Under the pieces are notes generated by a model, which was not told the origin of the DNA, did not search any database, and was given only the letters and a program-made list of their open reading frames with translations. From positions 1-59,527 of IMG/VR virus record IMGVR_UViG_3300022935_000018: a stretch of 59,527 bases of DNA. One strand, 5' to 3'. Position 1 is the stretch's first letter; each line of letters opens with the position of its first letter. Below are positions 1 through 9,754 of the stretch, one piece after another. The DNA is from a virus (taxonomy: Duplodnaviria; Caudoviricetes). Position numbers and translations under genes: made by a program.

Positions 1-533
1 CAGGCAATCCAGTAGGAGCACCTACAGATGGCGATTCTAACGCTGATACAGCGTCAACAAGCGGTGGTCAAGGTGGCGGTGCTACTGCAACAGCATCTTC
101 AGGAGAAAGACGTGCTACTAAGGACGAAATTGCAAAATGGGTTAGAAAAGATGCCGGCTTAGTTGATCCTAAGAATCCTGCACTTGATGGTGCTATTGAA
201 GCAAATAGAGATGGTCGCAATATTGGACTTGTTAGACAAGCAAATGGTCAGGATCATATTTGGTTAGGCCAGTCGTGGGTTGATATGTCAACTGGCAAAT
301 CTGTAAGTTCTGATACACAAGGACTAGGCAGACCTGATCTAGAAGAACTTGCTAAAGAAATTCAAAAAGCAAATGTTGCTAAACTTGTAAAAGATCAATT
401 AACTTCACCCGGTGTAACAGCAGGTACTAAAGATGCTCAACAAGCAAAAGTGGGTAAAAAGTTAGTTTCTAAACAAGCACAAGCGGCAATGAAACGTCCA
501 GAACAAAGATTCCAAAAAGGAGCAACTGCCTAA
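1..533 (+). CDS. 5'-truncated hypothetical protein (frame open from base 3 to TAA 531-533)
   Basis: No stop in this frame from the window edge (GNPVGAPTDGDSNAD...) through the 285..533 ORF; product not recognised. Confidence 0.75.
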   Translation, partial: GNPVGAPTDGDSNADTASTSGGQGGGATATASSGERRATKDEIAKWVRKDAGLVDPKNPALDGAIEANRDGRNIGLVRQANGQDHIWLGQSWVDMSTGKSVSSDTQGLGRPDLEELAKEIQKANVAKLVKDQLTSPGVTAGTKDAQQAKVGKKLVSKQAQAAMKRPEQRFQKGATA

Positions 534-706
534 AAGAAAGGCATATTGCTCTTTTTAGTTGTTTCTAGATTATCTTCAACAATCTTACTAACTATTTCTC
601 GTTCTTCGGGACCAAAGTCGTATGCTTCAGTAATTGATACTCCGCCTCGCATATACCACACTATCTTTAACAAGTCGTGTTTTATCTGTTTGCATTCTTT
701 TTCCAT
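530..706 (-). CDS. gp51: gp51-like baseplate hub assembly catalyst / tail chaperone extension, 58 aa (absent from ORF track)
   Basis: Manual translation MEKECKQIKHDLLKIVWYMRGGVSITEAYDFGPEEREIVSKIVEDNLETTKKSNMPFF*; S-x-TE...P-x-EREI pattern recalls T4-like gp51; directly downstream of the gp26-like gene. Confidence 0.65.
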   Translation of the reverse strand: MEKECKQIKHDLLKIVWYMRGGVSITEAYDFGPEEREIVSKIVEDNLETTKKSNMPFF

Positions 707-747
707 TTCTTTAGAACGCTGGATAATCTTGTCAAGAGGCCAGTGTG

Positions 748-1680
748 TTATCTGCGAGCGAAAAAATTTGATTGATCAAACGTAATAGGCACTTCAAATT
801 TTAATGGTGCGCCTGCTTCTCGTTCCTCAACTGTTGTTTCCGTTTCAAACGGAGGTAGTGCAAAATCACTTCTAACTTTTTCAATATGATCTTTGATTCT
901 TTCAAAAATAATACTGTCTGCGTTAGCAAAAAAGTCTTTGATGTGTTTTGGATCTGTTACTGGTTCGTCATGTCCATATTGTACATAAACAACTTGATCT
1001 ACAACAATATTAAGATTCATTTCTGATAACAGTTTAAATGAAGCATCAAACTTCGACATTTTTTCTGAATCAGTCATCTTAGAATCTTGAATGGACGCAA
1101 CAACACGAGATTGTTCCATACTCTTGATAGACATTTCAGTAAATGTTTTATACGAAATAGGTCTTAGTTTAAATGTAAAACCTTCTGTAGTAAACGTTTC
1201 TGGAAACTTTCGTTCTACAATAGTATCTAATAATTGTACTAGATTAATATCAAAATCTTTTTCAATTTCGGTATTTGGAACTTTTGATGTAATAGCCATT
1301 GTTTCACCGTAAGTAGCAATACGAATTGCAATAAGAATTGCATCAAGATCGATACTTGGACAATGAAAAGCATTTTTAATGTTTGGTATACAACTTTGCA
1401 TTAAAGTTGCTGTTGCTTGGCCATTTATTAGTGCATCTGGAGTTTTTAGGACTAATTCGTCCTTGGCAGTCATTGAATAAACTGGTAACTCACCATTTTC
1501 AGGCATATCAATTGATCCTTCTGGCCACCATTTACCACCAGATGGCAACCTTAGATAGATCTTTGCCTGTCTAAAGTGTTTTGCCAATGGGTTGGCGCCG
1601 GCTGGTTGAATAGGTGTTCCACCCTGTGGATTCATACCTATTGTATTGTTATAACCTCCGGACATAGTATTATCTGCCAT
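748..1680 (-). CDS. gp26: T4 gp26-like baseplate hub subunit / tail assembly protein
   Basis: LPSGG..., MTAKDEL.LKTPDAL, DLDAILIAIRIATYGE motifs; start moved to ATG 1680, which has an AGGAG SD. Confidence 0.75.
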   Translation of the reverse strand: MADNTMSGGYNNTIGMNPQGGTPIQPAGANPLAKHFRQAKIYLRLPSGGKWWPEGSIDMPENGELPVYSMTAKDELVLKTPDALINGQATATLMQSCIPNIKNAFHCPSIDLDAILIAIRIATYGETMAITSKVPNTEIEKDFDINLVQLLDTIVERKFPETFTTEGFTFKLRPISYKTFTEMSIKSMEQSRVVASIQDSKMTDSEKMSKFDASFKLLSEMNLNIVVDQVVYVQYGHDEPVTDPKHIKDFFANADSIIFERIKDHIEKVRSDFALPPFETETTVEEREAGAPLKFEVPITFDQSNFFARR

Positions 1681-1695
1681 GTTTTCTTCTCCTGC

Positions 1696-1701
1696 TAAAT
1701 A
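1696..1701 (+). promoter_or_regulatory. T4-type late promoter (TAAATA) for tape measure gene
   Basis: Core of the T4 late consensus TATAAATA, intergenic. Confidence 0.6.
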
Positions 1702-1714
1702 ATAGTAGCACAAG

Positions 1715-1722
1715 TATTTATA
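1715..1722 (-). promoter_or_regulatory. T4-type late promoter TATAAATA for gp26-like gene
   Basis: Exact TATAAATA on the minus strand upstream of SD and ATG 1680. Confidence 0.7.
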
Positions 1723-1749
1723 GTGTCTTATAAAGTGAGTAGTTAATTA

Positions 1750-4253
1750 ATGGCAGTAAATGTTGATATTCCAGGCGTAGGTAACGTACAAGCCCAAAAT
1801 GCCGCAGAAGAAGCCACTCTTAAAGAGATATTAAGAGTTTTAAAAGGCCAAGGCAAAGGCGGTTTGGGTGGTGGCGGAGCAAGTAGCGGCGGTGGCGGAG
1901 CCGGCGGTAACCCCTCTCAGGTACTTACAGGACTTACTAAAGATCTAGGCAAGTTTAGTAAAGGTATCAAAGGCACTACTAATGCATTACAAGATTTTCA
2001 AGCAGGACTAAAATCTATAGGCGGTGCAATCCTTGACGGATTTATGAGTGTTGCTAGTTCTGCAATGAATTTGGGTAAAGAACTACTTGTTGGCGGAAAT
2101 AGACTTAGTGACTTTGCCCAGCATATTCCGCTTGTTGGAAATGCACTCTCTGGATTACTAGGGATACTCGAAGGGCAAATCGACACTTGGCGAAGTTTAT
2201 CTGAAGTAGGTGCTTCGTTTGGTAACGACATTGCAAAAATGAACCTTGCCGCGGCCAATGCAGGTCTGGGCATGGAAAATTTGCAGAGTTTGTTGGTGGC
2301 AACTCTGAAAGAATGCAGTTCTTAGGAGGCACAGTTACTGAAGGTGCTAGTCAATTTGGTTCGTTAATTAAAAATGTAAGAAACAGTGAAAAAGGATTCT
2401 TTGGTATGGGTTATACCATGGAATCATTAAACGAACACACTGCTGAATATATTGAAATGCAGGCACGTCAAGGTAGACTTGCTGGAATGAGCCAAGCAGA
2501 ACTACAAGCAGGATCAGAAGCATATCTAGAACAAATTGATCAACTTGCTAAAGTAACAGGTAAATCACGTAAAGAAGCAGAAGCACTATTAAAACAACAA
2601 CAAGAAGAAGCAAATATACTTGTTCTTAAATCAAAGTTAGAAGGACAAAATCTTAAAAACTTTGAAAATAATATGGCTTTTGTTCAATCAGAACTACCAG
2701 GTTTCGCTAATGCGTTCGGCGACTTAGCAGACGGTGTAGCACAAACACCATTAGGTCAAATGTTAGCGGCCAACGTTGATGGGTTGAGTGAACTCCAAGA
2801 ACAAATGGGCCGAGGTGAAATTGGTCAAGAAGAATATCAAAAGAGATTAAAAGATTTAATGCCACGAATTGTAGAATTTGCTGATGGCATGGGAGCGGCT
2901 GGTGTATCTGCACTAGCAGGCAAAGCAGGCATGGGCGAGTTGCTTAATGGTTTAAGTGACACTAAAAAATTCTTAAGTAAATCCTACGATTTTAAACAAG
3001 CAGAAAAAGAACAAAAGGATAGAGAAAAAGTTACAGAAAATCTTGCTAACATGGAAAACGCCATTGAAGGTGCAAGAGCCCAGTTAATGAAAACTTTCCT
3101 TGAAAGTGGGTTGTTCCAAAACTTACAAAAATACATGGGCGACTTCTTAGGTTGGTTTACTGACAAAGGCGAAAACGGCATGAGCAAGATGGACGAATTC
3201 TTGCAAGAAGGATTAAAATGGGCCGAGGACTTTATGAAGTGGGTTAAAGGTGCTTGGGCAGATGCTGAAGGAACTAACATTGTACAAAAATTACAATCGT
3301 TCCTAGGTAAACTTTGGGAAGAAAAAATTAGTCCAGGTCTAGGAGCGATGTGGGACGGATTAATGGAGTCAATAGGTCCTAAACTTAGTGAATACTTTGT
3401 TAGTGCTATTGTTGGACTACTTGGTGCGTTTGCCGGGGTTGCGTTATCTATGATGTTAGGTGCTGTCATTGGCCCAATAATTGCACCATTCCTTGCTATT
3501 GCTGGCGCACTAGCCGCAATATTTGGTTGGGAAACTATTAAAGAATGGTTTGGCGCGGCATGGGATATGTTGAAAGGTGTATTCGAATGGATTGGAAATA
3601 CTGCATCAGCACTCTGGGACGTAATCAAACCTTTGATTAGTGCAATCTGGGATATTTACAAAGGAATGTTTGGATGGATTGGAGATACATTCAGTTGGTT
3701 ATGGGATAAAATTGAGCCAATTATTAGTCCAATTGTAGACGGATTAATGACTATGTTTGGTTGGATTGGCGATACCATTGGTTGGGTTTGGAACAAATTG
3801 AAAAAACTAAATCCGTTAAATTGGTTTGGCGGCGATGACGAAGACGAACTTGAAAAAGCCGAAGAGAAGAAAAGGAAAAAATTATCAGAATCTGTAGGTG
3901 GTAAACCAAGAGCCCTTACAATGGACGAAGTAGCAGGTATGTCTCCGGCGGAGATTAATGCACTAGTTGACCAAGGGTATACTGTACCAAAAACTGGAAA
4001 TGATAGACCTACTAGACCAACAGCAAATGCAAATACAGTACTCGCAAAAGATGAAACTAAAATGCCTGAGGTTAAAAAACCTTCAATGCCAGATAACAGC
4101 CAGACTGGAGCCGAGGCTATACAAACTGCGGTAAATAGTAATGCAGATTTATCACAATTGGTTGCATTAATGGCTGAATCCAATAGATTATCAGCAAAAA
4201 ATAACGCTTTAACAAGAGCATTGATGAACGATATGTTAAAAGGCGCACTATAA
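1750..4253 (+). CDS. Tail tape measure protein, split by a -1 frame break near 2276 (ORFs 1750..2325 and 2313..4253; 834 aa if joined)
   Basis: Helical Ala/Gly/Gln-rich sequence, hydrophobic segment (~3390-3530), periodic Trp repeats (~3530-3830); reads continuously as ...AGLGME|KFAEFVGGNSERMQFLGG... after a -1 shift. Confidence 0.7.
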
Positions 4254-6020
4254 ATGAGTTGGAAAAGATATTTTACAAATGCCCCTGTCGGTAATAATGG
4301 CATGGGGAATATGAGTCCATTTAGTGGACAAGGCGGAACCGAACCAGGTCCTGCACGATCAAATTATTCATCGTACCTACCGGACGTTTATGTAGGTTCA
4401 CCTAACCGTGTTGAACGTTACGGCCAATACAATGTAATGGATAACGATTCAGAAGTTAATGCGGCACTAGATATTTTAGCAGAGTTTTGCTCACAGAAAA
4501 ATCCAACTAACGAAACTAATTTTCATTTACACTTTAATAAACAAGCAACTAATTCAGAAGTAAAAATTCTAAGTCAATACTTGTTACAGTGGAGTAAACT
4601 GCAAAAGTTTGACACTAAAATGTTCCGCATTTTACGTAATGTATTCAAATACGGTGATGCATTCTTTGTAAGAGATCCAGAAACTAAAAAATGGTATCAT
4701 GTTGATCCTGCAAAAGTTTCACGTATTATTGTAAACGAATCCGACGGTAAAAAGCCTGAACAATATATTATTAAAGATATTAACTTTAACTTTAGAGATC
4801 AAGTAATTACTGATCCATATGTTACATCAGGAAATGTAACAGGCGGCGGTGCTTCACAACCAAGTACAGGTTATCAAGCAGGCGGATCACAAGGTATGGT
4901 AGGTAATGTTGGTTCGTCACAGTCCGGATCAAGATTTACAACAAATCAACAAGAGTATGCAATTGACGCAGAACACGTTATACACTTGTCACTATCAGAA
5001 GGATTAGATAACAACTATCCATTTGGTAACTCACTGTTAGAATCTATTTTTAAAGTTTACAAACAAAAAGAATTACTTGAAGATGCTATTATCATTTACC
5101 GTACACAAAGAGCACCAGAAAGACGTGTGTTCTACATTGACGTGGGTAATATGCCATCACACTTAGCAATGCAATTTGTTGAGCGTGTTAAAACAGAAAT
5201 TCATCAAAGACGTATTCCATCAGCAACTGGTGGTTCAACAAGTGTTATTGATAGTGCGTACAATCCATTATCAACAAACGAAGATTACTTCTTCCCACAA
5301 ACAGCAGAAGGTAGAGGTTCTAAAGTTGAAACATTGCCAGGTGGTACTAACCTAGGTGAAATTGATGACTTAAAATACTTTACTAATAAACTTATTAGAG
5401 GTTTACGTATTCCTAGTTCTTATTTGCCTACAGCGGCACAAGACGAAGGACAAAGTCAGTACAATGATGGTAGAGTTGGTACAGCATATATTCAAGAACT
5501 ACGTTTTAACAAATACTGTGAACGTTTACAAAATCTAGTTATTGAACAATTTAATCAAGAGTTTAAACGTTACTTGTTAGAAAAAGGTATGAACGTAGAC
5601 ATTAGTATGTTTGATGTTCAACTACAAGAACCAATGAACTTTGCTTCTTACAGACAATCAGAACTTGACAATGTAAGAATTCCAACCTTTACACAAATTC
5701 AAGCAGTACCTTTCTTATCTAATAGATTTGCACTACAACGTTTCTTAGGACTAAGTGCAGAAGAAGTTGCAGAAAACGAAAGACTATGGCGTGAAGAAAA
5801 TGATGAAAACTTAACTCCACTACCAACTGAAGCCGCTGGTGAGATGCGTGGCGTAGGTATTAGTGGTGCAGGTATGGATGCTGATGTAGGCGGCGCTGAA
5901 GATGTTGATCCAAATGCTGAACCGGCTCCAGTTGATGGCGGTGCAGGTGCTCCACCAGATACAACAACAGGTACACCATTAGGCGGTGGCGCAGGCGGCG
6001 CAACGCCTCCAGCACAATAG
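4254..6020 (+). CDS. gp20: Portal vertex protein
   Basis: LLEDAIIIYRTQRAPERRVFYIDVGNMP, EDYFFPQ..EGRGSKVETLPGG.NLGEIDD.KYF, LRIPSS motifs of the T4 gp20 family. Confidence 0.95.
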   Translation: MSWKRYFTNAPVGNNGMGNMSPFSGQGGTEPGPARSNYSSYLPDVYVGSPNRVERYGQYNVMDNDSEVNAALDILAEFCSQKNPTNETNFHLHFNKQATNSEVKILSQYLLQWSKLQKFDTKMFRILRNVFKYGDAFFVRDPETKKWYHVDPAKVSRIIVNESDGKKPEQYIIKDINFNFRDQVITDPYVTSGNVTGGGASQPSTGYQAGGSQGMVGNVGSSQSGSRFTTNQQEYAIDAEHVIHLSLSEGLDNNYPFGNSLLESIFKVYKQKELLEDAIIIYRTQRAPERRVFYIDVGNMPSHLAMQFVERVKTEIHQRRIPSATGGSTSVIDSAYNPLSTNEDYFFPQTAEGRGSKVETLPGGTNLGEIDDLKYFTNKLIRGLRIPSSYLPTAAQDEGQSQYNDGRVGTAYIQELRFNKYCERLQNLVIEQFNQEFKRYLLEKGMNVDISMFDVQLQEPMNFASYRQSELDNVRIPTFTQIQAVPFLSNRFALQRFLGLSAEEVAENERLWREENDENLTPLPTEAAGEMRGVGISGAGMDADVGGAEDVDPNAEPAPVDGGAGAPPDTTTGTPLGGGAGGATPPAQ

Positions 6021-6022
6021 GA

Positions 6023-6028
6023 TAAATA
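6023..6028 (+). promoter_or_regulatory. Late promoter TAAATA, 5 nt before ATG 6034
   Basis: gaTAAATAgttttATG. Confidence 0.6.
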
Positions 6029-6033
6029 GTTTT

Positions 6034-6273
6034 ATGATACTACGTGAGTTTTATTATTTTGATAAAGAAACAATGGAACCGGTCGAAGACAAGTCTTACG
6101 ATCCGAGAGATGACGAGTCTATTGTTGATGACTCTGACACACGTAAAACACGCCTAACGCTACGTCAAATTAACAAAGCAAGACGAGCATCAGAATACCA
6201 TAACGAAGAACAGAAAAAAGAATTACATTTTGTAAGACAAATGTATGGAATTGCATCTCAACCTGAAGTATAA
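6034..6273 (+). CDS. Small hypothetical head-module protein (79 aa)
   Basis: ATG 6034 preferred to GTG 5986, which overlaps the portal gene; MILREF...TRKTRLTLRQINK. Confidence 0.75.
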   Translation: MILREFYYFDKETMEPVEDKSYDPRDDESIVDDSDTRKTRLTLRQINKARRASEYHNEEQKKELHFVRQMYGIASQPEV

Positions 6274-6282
6274 GGTGATGGT

Positions 6283-6879
6283 ATGTCAACAGCGTTTGTG
6301 CTAGGCAACGGAACTAGCAGAAAACCTATACAGTTAGAACCCCTTAAACAGTTTGGAAAAGTATATGCCTGTAATGCAGTTTACAGAGACTTTGAACCCG
6401 ACTATCTAATTGCTGTAGATGCCAAAATGGTGCTAGAAATAGCAAAAACGGGTTGGCAACAAACACATAAAGTATACACTAACCACAGCAAAACCTTTAA
6501 AGATATCCGCGGATTACACATAATGAACCCGTCAAAAGGCTGGAGTTCAGGACCTACAGCACTAGACTTAGCAACAGAGCACGGACACGAAGTTATATAT
6601 ATTTTAGGGTTTGATTTTAAAGGAACTACAGGTAGCGGCGACGGTGGCGATAAAGTTAATAACCTATTTGCAGGCACTTTAAACTATAAAAGACCTACTG
6701 ATCCTGCTACATATTTTGGCAACTGGGAACGCCAAGTTGGCATTATATTGCAAAGAAATAGCAGAAAGAGATATATAAGAGTAGTACCAGAAGGAGAGAT
6801 TTTTATCCCTAAAAGTTTAACTAATTTTGGCAACTTAACACATATGACAGTAGATGAATTTATACGAAAATTCAACTAA
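6283..6879 (+). CDS. DUF115/Maf-type (sialyltransferase-like fold) hypothetical protein
   Basis: AFVLGNGTSR, YACNAVYR, SSGPTAL..A, IYILGFD motif series. Confidence 0.55.
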   Translation: MSTAFVLGNGTSRKPIQLEPLKQFGKVYACNAVYRDFEPDYLIAVDAKMVLEIAKTGWQQTHKVYTNHSKTFKDIRGLHIMNPSKGWSSGPTALDLATEHGHEVIYILGFDFKGTTGSGDGGDKVNNLFAGTLNYKRPTDPATYFGNWERQVGIILQRNSRKRYIRVVPEGEIFIPKSLTNFGNLTHMTVDEFIRKFN

Positions 6880-6889
6880 AATCACACTC

Positions 6890-6922
6890 GGGTTTCAAAA
6901 ACTCGCATTTTGAGCCTATTTT
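6890..6922 (+). terminator. Possible intrinsic terminator
   Basis: Imperfect hairpin ggtttcaaaa/ttttgagcc followed by tatttt. Confidence 0.35.
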
Positions 6923-6945
6923 CCACGTATATTTCTAATAATATG

Positions 6946-6951
6946 TAAATA
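6946..6951 (+). promoter_or_regulatory. Late promoter TAAATA for head operon
   Basis: Intergenic, upstream of AGGAGG SD and ATG 6996. Confidence 0.65.
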
Positions 6952-6995
6952 TTATTGACAGCCTTACCATATTTAAACTTATAGGAGGATCTAAA

Positions 6996-7988
6996 ATGGC
7001 AGACCGTAATAAATTCGAGGAAATGCTCGAAAAATTAGTCAATGAAGATCGCAAAGGTGCAGAAGAACTGTTCCATGAGATTGTAGTTGAAAAATCCAGA
7101 CAAATTTATGAAAATCTTTTAGAAGATGATCTAGAAGAGTTAGACGTTGCTGAAGAAAAAGACGAAGAAGTTGATGAGTCTTCAGACGACGAAGAAACTA
7201 ACGAAGCAACTGACGAAGAAGTTGATGAGTCTTCAGATGATGAAGAAGTTGATGAAGCAAAAGACGAAGAAGTTGACGAATCAGATGATGAAGAAGTTGA
7301 CGAATCTTCAGACGATGAAGAAGTTGCAGAAGATATTCCAGTAGAATTAACCCCTGAAGCAGGCGATGACATGGGCGGTGACCCAACAGATGACATGATG
7401 TCTGATATTGAAGGTGGTGACGAAGAAGGCGACGACGAAGGCGGCGAAGAAGAAATTGAAGACCGTGTTGTTGACTTAGAAGATGCTCTTGATGACCTTA
7501 AGGCAGAATTTGAAAAAATGATGTCAGATAAAGGCGGCGATGAAGATGAAGGCGAAGGCGACGACGCTGAAATGGACATGGGCGACGAAGAAGGTGATGA
7601 AGAAGCAGAGGAAGAGGCGATTGATCCTACTTCCGAACTTGCTGTAGACGCAGTACCAGCATATGAAGGAACTAAATCACAATCAGAAATGATGCGTGAG
7701 TACGTAAACAAAGTTTCTTCTCCTTCTAACTCAGAAGGTGCAGACAATAAAAAATCTGTAGTTGCTAATAAAAACGATATGGGCGGTACTACTGCTAATA
7801 TCGCAAAAGGTGAAGATGCAAAAGAATCTGCTAAAGCAGACTCTGCAAAAGAAGATAACGCAGGTAACGTAAACGTTCCAGGCGGCAAAGCATCTAAATC
7901 GATGACTGCAAACAGCAAAGGCCACGGCGCTGAGAAAAAAGGCGCAGGCGAAAAAGGTGTTGACAAGAAATCTGTTGTTGGCTCCTAA
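6996..7988 (+). CDS. Highly acidic prohead core / internal scaffolding-type protein
   Basis: D/E-rich 330 aa, immediately upstream of the prohead protease, strong SD. Confidence 0.6.
   Translation: MADRNKFEEMLEKLVNEDRKGAEELFHEIVVEKSRQIYENLLEDDLEELDVAEEKDEEVDESSDDEETNEATDEEVDESSDDEEVDEAKDEEVDESDDEEVDESSDDEEVAEDIPVELTPEAGDDMGGDPTDDMMSDIEGGDEEGDDEGGEEEIEDRVVDLEDALDDLKAEFEKMMSDKGGDEDEGEGDDAEMDMGDEEGDEEAEEEAIDPTSELAVDAVPAYEGTKSQSEMMREYVNKVSSPSNSEGADNKKSVVANKNDMGGTTANIAKGEDAKESAKADSAKEDNAGNVNVPGGKASKSMTANSKGHGAEKKGAGEKGVDKKSVVGS
7161..7330 (+). repeat. Coding tandem repeats of GA(C/T)GAAGAAGTTGA(C/T)GA (DEEVDE units)
   Basis: About seven imperfect 24-27 nt units. Confidence 0.85.
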
Positions 7989-8003
7989 TTGAGGACTTGT
8001 TAA

Positions 8004-8627
8004 ATGATGACAAACCATTTACGTGAGAACTTGACATTCGACCAGGCAAAATTGGTCATTGAGTCTACTAATGAAGGTAAAGACCTTCACTTAAAAGGCA
8101 TCTGCATTCAAGGTGGCGTTCGTAACGCTAACCAACGTGTATATCCTGTAAGCGAAATTAGTAGGGCTGTCAATACTCTCAACGATCAGATTAGCGGAGG
8201 TTATAGTGTTCTCGGCGAGGTTGATCATCCAGAAGGACTCAATATTAACCTAGACCGTGTTTCTCATATGATTACTGAGATGTGGATGGACGGTCCTAAT
8301 GGTTACGGAAAACTTAAAATATTACCAACCCCTATGGGACAACTAGTTAAAACAATGCTTGAAAGCGGAGTAAAATTAGGAGTTTCATCAAGGGGCTCTG
8401 GTAACGTTAATGAGGAGAACAATGTGAGTGATTTCGAAATAATCACTGTAGACATTGTTGCCCAACCATCTGCTCCAGGTGCGTATCCAACACCGATTTA
8501 CGAGCATTTGATGAATACCACAGGTGGGTATAAGGCATTTAATTTGGCTCGCGAAGTTCATGAAGATAAAAAGGCACAAAGATTTTTAAAAGAATCCTTA
8601 GTAAACATCATCAAAGGATTAAAATAA
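8004..8627 (+). CDS. gp21: Prohead core protease
   Basis: RNANQRVYP, LGEVDHP, INLDRVSH, TPMGQ, LGVSSRGSG, DIVAQPSAPGA motifs. Confidence 0.95.
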   Translation: MMTNHLRENLTFDQAKLVIESTNEGKDLHLKGICIQGGVRNANQRVYPVSEISRAVNTLNDQISGGYSVLGEVDHPEGLNINLDRVSHMITEMWMDGPNGYGKLKILPTPMGQLVKTMLESGVKLGVSSRGSGNVNEENNVSDFEIITVDIVAQPSAPGAYPTPIYEHLMNTTGGYKAFNLAREVHEDKKAQRFLKESLVNIIKGLK

Positions 8628-8637
8628 GGAGAACAAG

Positions 8638-9744
8638 ATGTTGGACGCACTGAAATCACTCTTTGAAAACAATGCTATTTCAGAAGAAGTTAAAGCCGAC
8701 ATCGAAGAGGCATGGAATAATAGGGTTACAGAAAACCGTATGCAGGTAACAGCAGAACTTCGCGAAGAGTTTGCACAAAAGTATGAGCACGACAAGGCCG
8801 TTATGGTTGAAGCCGTGGAAAAAATGCTTGATGACAAATTAAGTGAAGAAATTAAAGAATTTGCTGATGACCGTTCCAAACTTGCTGAAGCGAGAGCAAA
8901 GTACCATGTAGCAATGCGTGAAAACGCAGATCTACTTAAAAACTTTGTTGTTTCTCAACTTGGCAAAGAAGTCTCTGAACTACACGAAGACCAAAAAGCA
9001 ATGTCAGAAAAATTTGGCAAACTTGAGGAATTTGTTGTAGAGGCTTTAGCAAAGGAAATCGCAGAGTTCCACGAAGATAAAAAAGATCTTGCAGAAACAA
9101 AAGTTCGACTAATCCGTGAAGCAAAGAAACATCTTGACACTGTCAAAGAATCCTTCATCAAGAAGGGTGCTAAAGTTGTTGAATCTACAGTTGCTAAAAC
9201 GCTTTCTAAAGAGATTACTGCTCTTAAGGAAGACATTGATGCGGCTCGTAAGAACGACTTTGGACGTAAACTATTTGAAACATTTGCAGAAGAGTATTCA
9301 CATTCATATTTGAATGAGAAATCAGAAACTGCTAAATTGATGAAAGTAGTTGAGTTGAAAGATAAGCAATTAGCAGAAGCAAAAGCAACTGCTGAAGAAA
9401 AAACACGCTTAGTTGAATCTAAAGAAGCAGAAATTGCTTCTGAAAAAGATTCTGCAAAAAGAAAAGAATTAATTTCTGAGTTAACTGCACCTTTAAGCAG
9501 AGAACAGAAAGAGATTATGATAGACTTACTAGAGTCTGTACAAACTGCTAATATCCAAAAACAGTTTGACAAGTATCTACCATCAGTAATTGAAGGTAAC
9601 ACTCTGGCTAAGAAGAAGGCAACACTTACCGAGGCAATTGAAGTAACAGGCAATAAAGAAACTAACGTTAGTAACGGCGCAAGTAATTCTGCAACCATCG
9701 ACAATGTTGTAGACATTAGACGACTTGCAGGATTAAACATATAA
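8638..9744 (+). CDS. gp22: Prohead core scaffolding protein
   Basis: Coiled-coil, E/K-rich, between protease and major capsid gene. Confidence 0.8.
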   Translation: MLDALKSLFENNAISEEVKADIEEAWNNRVTENRMQVTAELREEFAQKYEHDKAVMVEAVEKMLDDKLSEEIKEFADDRSKLAEARAKYHVAMRENADLLKNFVVSQLGKEVSELHEDQKAMSEKFGKLEEFVVEALAKEIAEFHEDKKDLAETKVRLIREAKKHLDTVKESFIKKGAKVVESTVAKTLSKEITALKEDIDAARKNDFGRKLFETFAEEYSHSYLNEKSETAKLMKVVELKDKQLAEAKATAEEKTRLVESKEAEIASEKDSAKRKELISELTAPLSREQKEIMIDLLESVQTANIQKQFDKYLPSVIEGNTLAKKKATLTEAIEVTGNKETNVSNGASNSATIDNVVDIRRLAGLNI

Positions 9745-9754
9745 GGAGAAAAAA

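Noticed and set aside
5986-6033. ORF-track upstream starts (5986, 1713, 10974, 12109)
   Set aside because: Downstream ATGs fit better with SD or promoter position and avoid overlapping neighbouring genes or structures
7161-7330. Repeats as a CRISPR-like array
   Set aside because: In-frame low-complexity coding repeats without unique spacers; no cas genes
7106-7966. Long antisense ORFs (also 2984..3628, 3656..4303, 8955..9800, 20696..21169, 35267..35734 and similar)
   Set aside because: They lie opposite well-supported genes and mirror their codon bias (Ser/Phe-rich shadows); no SD or recognisable motifs
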